A DNA stretch of 64,000 nt from NCBI GenBank assembly GCA_034519305.1, contig JAXHOM010000020.1, positions 9,163 through 73,162 on the forward strand. Reading direction: 5' to 3'. Below the pieces are notes generated by a model. That model was not told the origin of the DNA. It saw nothing but the letters and a program-made list of their open reading frames with translations, and did not search any database. The stretch comes from Pseudomonas sp. GTDB lineage: Bacteria > Pseudomonadota > Gammaproteobacteria > Pseudomonadales > Pseudomonadaceae. Positions within the stretch are counted from its first letter, which is position 1. Every line of letters begins with the position of its first letter. The position numbers and the translations under genes are program-made. Below, piece by piece: positions 62,429 through 64,000 of this stretch.

Positions 62429-63661
62429 CTACGGTCGTGCTGTGTTCTGCCGAAATTGCTGCAGCGCCTGCAGGCGTGCTTCCTGCAATGCGGCGCCCAG
62501 TGCGGCACCCTGCAGGCCGCGTTCAAGCAGCGGTTGCACGGCCACCGCACGGGCGGCGTGCATGGCGGCGCGCAGGTAGTCGGCTTGCGGGTAGGCGCGC
62601 TGCTCGAAGCCCAGGCGGCCGCGGGCATCCATCTCGCAGGCGGCGATAAACTCTTCAAAGCGCTGCGGACGGCGGAACACATCGAAACCTTGCAGCAGCT
62701 TGAGCAGGGTGGCGGCCTTGAGCTCCAGCGCGCGATGGCCGTGGGTGTGGAACTCGCCGACCTGCACGGCCAGCTCCTGGCAATCCTTGGGCGCCTTGTA
62801 GCGTTGATTGATTGCGCGGATCAGCTTCAGCCCCGTGCGCTCGTGGGCGATATGCCGGGGCCACTCGGCCTCTGGCGTCAGGCCCTTGCCGACATCGTGC
62901 AGCAGGCAGGCCCAGCGCACCGTCAGTGGCTGCTGGTGTTCGGCGCATTGGCGCAGCACGCTGAGCACGTGCTCGCCGGTGTCGATTTCCGGGTGATGGG
63001 CGGCGGGCTGCGGGACACCGAACAGCGCGTCGACTTCCGGCAGCAGCTCTTGTAGGGCGCCACACGCGTGCAGTACGCGGATGAACACGTCTGGGCGCGG
63101 CTCCATCAGGGCGCGGGAGATTTCCTTCCAGCTGCGTTCGGCGGTCAGTGCCTGCAATTCACCGGATTCGCTGAGTTGGCGCATCAACGCCAGGGTTTCA
63201 TCGGCCACGTGAAAGCCCAGGGTTGCGTAGCGCGCGGCAAAGCGGGCGACGCGCAGCACACGCAGCGGGTCTTCGGCGAAGGCCGGGGATACATGGCGCA
63301 GTAGGCGGGCTTCGAGGTCGCGCTGGCCGCCATAGGGGTCGTACAACTGGCCCTTGGCGTCTTCGGCCATGGCGTTGATGGTCAGGTCGCGGCGAATCAG
63401 GTCGTCTTCGACGCTGACGTCCGGGCTGGCGAAGAAGGTGAAACCACCGTAGCCCTGGCCGGATTTGCGCTCGGTGCGGGCGAGGGCATATTCCTCGCCC
63501 GTTTGCGGGTGGAGAAACACCGGGAAGTCGTCGCCGACCGGGCGAAAGCCCTGAGCCAGCATCTGTTCAACCGTAGCGCCTACCACCAGCCAGTCGATGT
63601 CGGTGACCGGTTGGCCGAGCAAGCGGTCGCGCACAGCGCCGCCGACCTTGTAAATCTGCAT
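62429..63661 (-). CDS. cca: Multifunctional CCA tRNA nucleotidyltransferase
   Basis: [27 protein letters not shown] domain. Confidence 0.97.
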   Translation of the reverse strand: MQIYKVGGAVRDRLLGQPVTDIDWLVVGATVEQMLAQGFRPVGDDFPVFLHPQTGEEYALARTERKSGQGYGGFTFFASPDVSVEDDLIRRDLTINAMAEDAKGQLYDPYGGQRDLEARLLRHVSPAFAEDPLRVLRVARFAARYATLGFHVADETLALMRQLSESGELQALTAERSWKEISRALMEPRPDVFIRVLHACGALQELLPEVDALFGVPQPAAHHPEIDTGEHVLSVLRQCAEHQQPLTVRWACLLHDVGKGLTPEAEWPRHIAHERTGLKLIRAINQRYKAPKDCQELAVQVGEFHTHGHRALELKAATLLKLLQGFDVFRRPQRFEEFIAACEMDARGRLGFEQRAYPQADYLRAAMHAARAVAVQPLLERGLQGAALGAALQEARLQALQQFRQNTARP

Positions 63662-63714
63662 GGGAACTCCTTCGTCAGGCCTACAGCATACCGCCTGAGC
63701 CAGGAGTATGGGGC

Positions 63715-64000
63715 TTAGCGGGCCATGGGCACTTGTTGCAGCAGGGCGTTGCTGGCCTTGTGCAGTTGCTCGTCGCTGTCCCAGGCGGGGCTGAGGCCGG
63801 TGTCGACCTGGCCTTCCCAGAGCACGTGGTCCTGCAGGTCGGTAAGGCGCAGGTGCAGGGTGGCCCGCTCTTCCTTAAGGCGGTGCACGCTCTGGTAAGG
63901 GCCAAGGAGGCCAGGCGGTGGCAGATCGGTGCTGAGTTCAACGGGTTCGCTGCGCAGCCCCAGCCAGTAGTAAGCGCGCAGTTGCGCTGGCGAGCCTTCA
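63715..64000 (-). CDS. Partial hypothetical protein (C-terminus; DUF4136-like?)
   Basis: Open frame ...[17 protein letters not shown]...LLQQVPMAR* running in from the window edge. Confidence 0.55.
   Translation of the reverse strand, partial: EGSPAQLRAYYWLGLRSEPVELSTDLPPPGLLGPYQSVHRLKEERATLHLRLTDLQDHVLWEGQVDTGLSPAWDSDEQLHKASNALLQQVPMAR

Overview
Pseudomonas-type chromosomal window. The right ~11 kb is core genome: cca, yfiRNB, folK, folB, plsY, tsaD, rpsU, dnaG, rpoD and a tRNA-Ile(CAT). A ~36.6 kb genomic island (about 16065-52702) is integrated in the 3' half of that tRNA. The island carries a P4-like integrase and an AlpA excisionase, an HD-GYP/hybrid kinase pair, a PliG-like protein, a ~3900-codon non-RTX VCBS/cadherin adhesin with a two-ABC type I secretion system, IS1182 and IS66 debris, and a small backbone module. 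The left 16 kb is accessory DNA (octaheme cytochrome, GST/LysR genes, an atypical DUF2282/DUF692 bufferin-like cluster, MFS) and probably includes an older tandem island. The most unusual signal is in the island backbone. A compact tyrosine recombinase gene (44343-45305) is preceded by a perfect palindrome and nested stems, then an AT-rich tract, then an array of eight TGCGACA-N9-TRTCGCA dyads at a 31-33 bp period with variable spacers (45828-46074). The same dyad recurs as a second array (52336-52435) just downstream of a dual-HTH gene next to the att site. I cannot assign this array/recombinase/HTH module to a known system. All protein assignments are from motif recognition by eye, without database searches.
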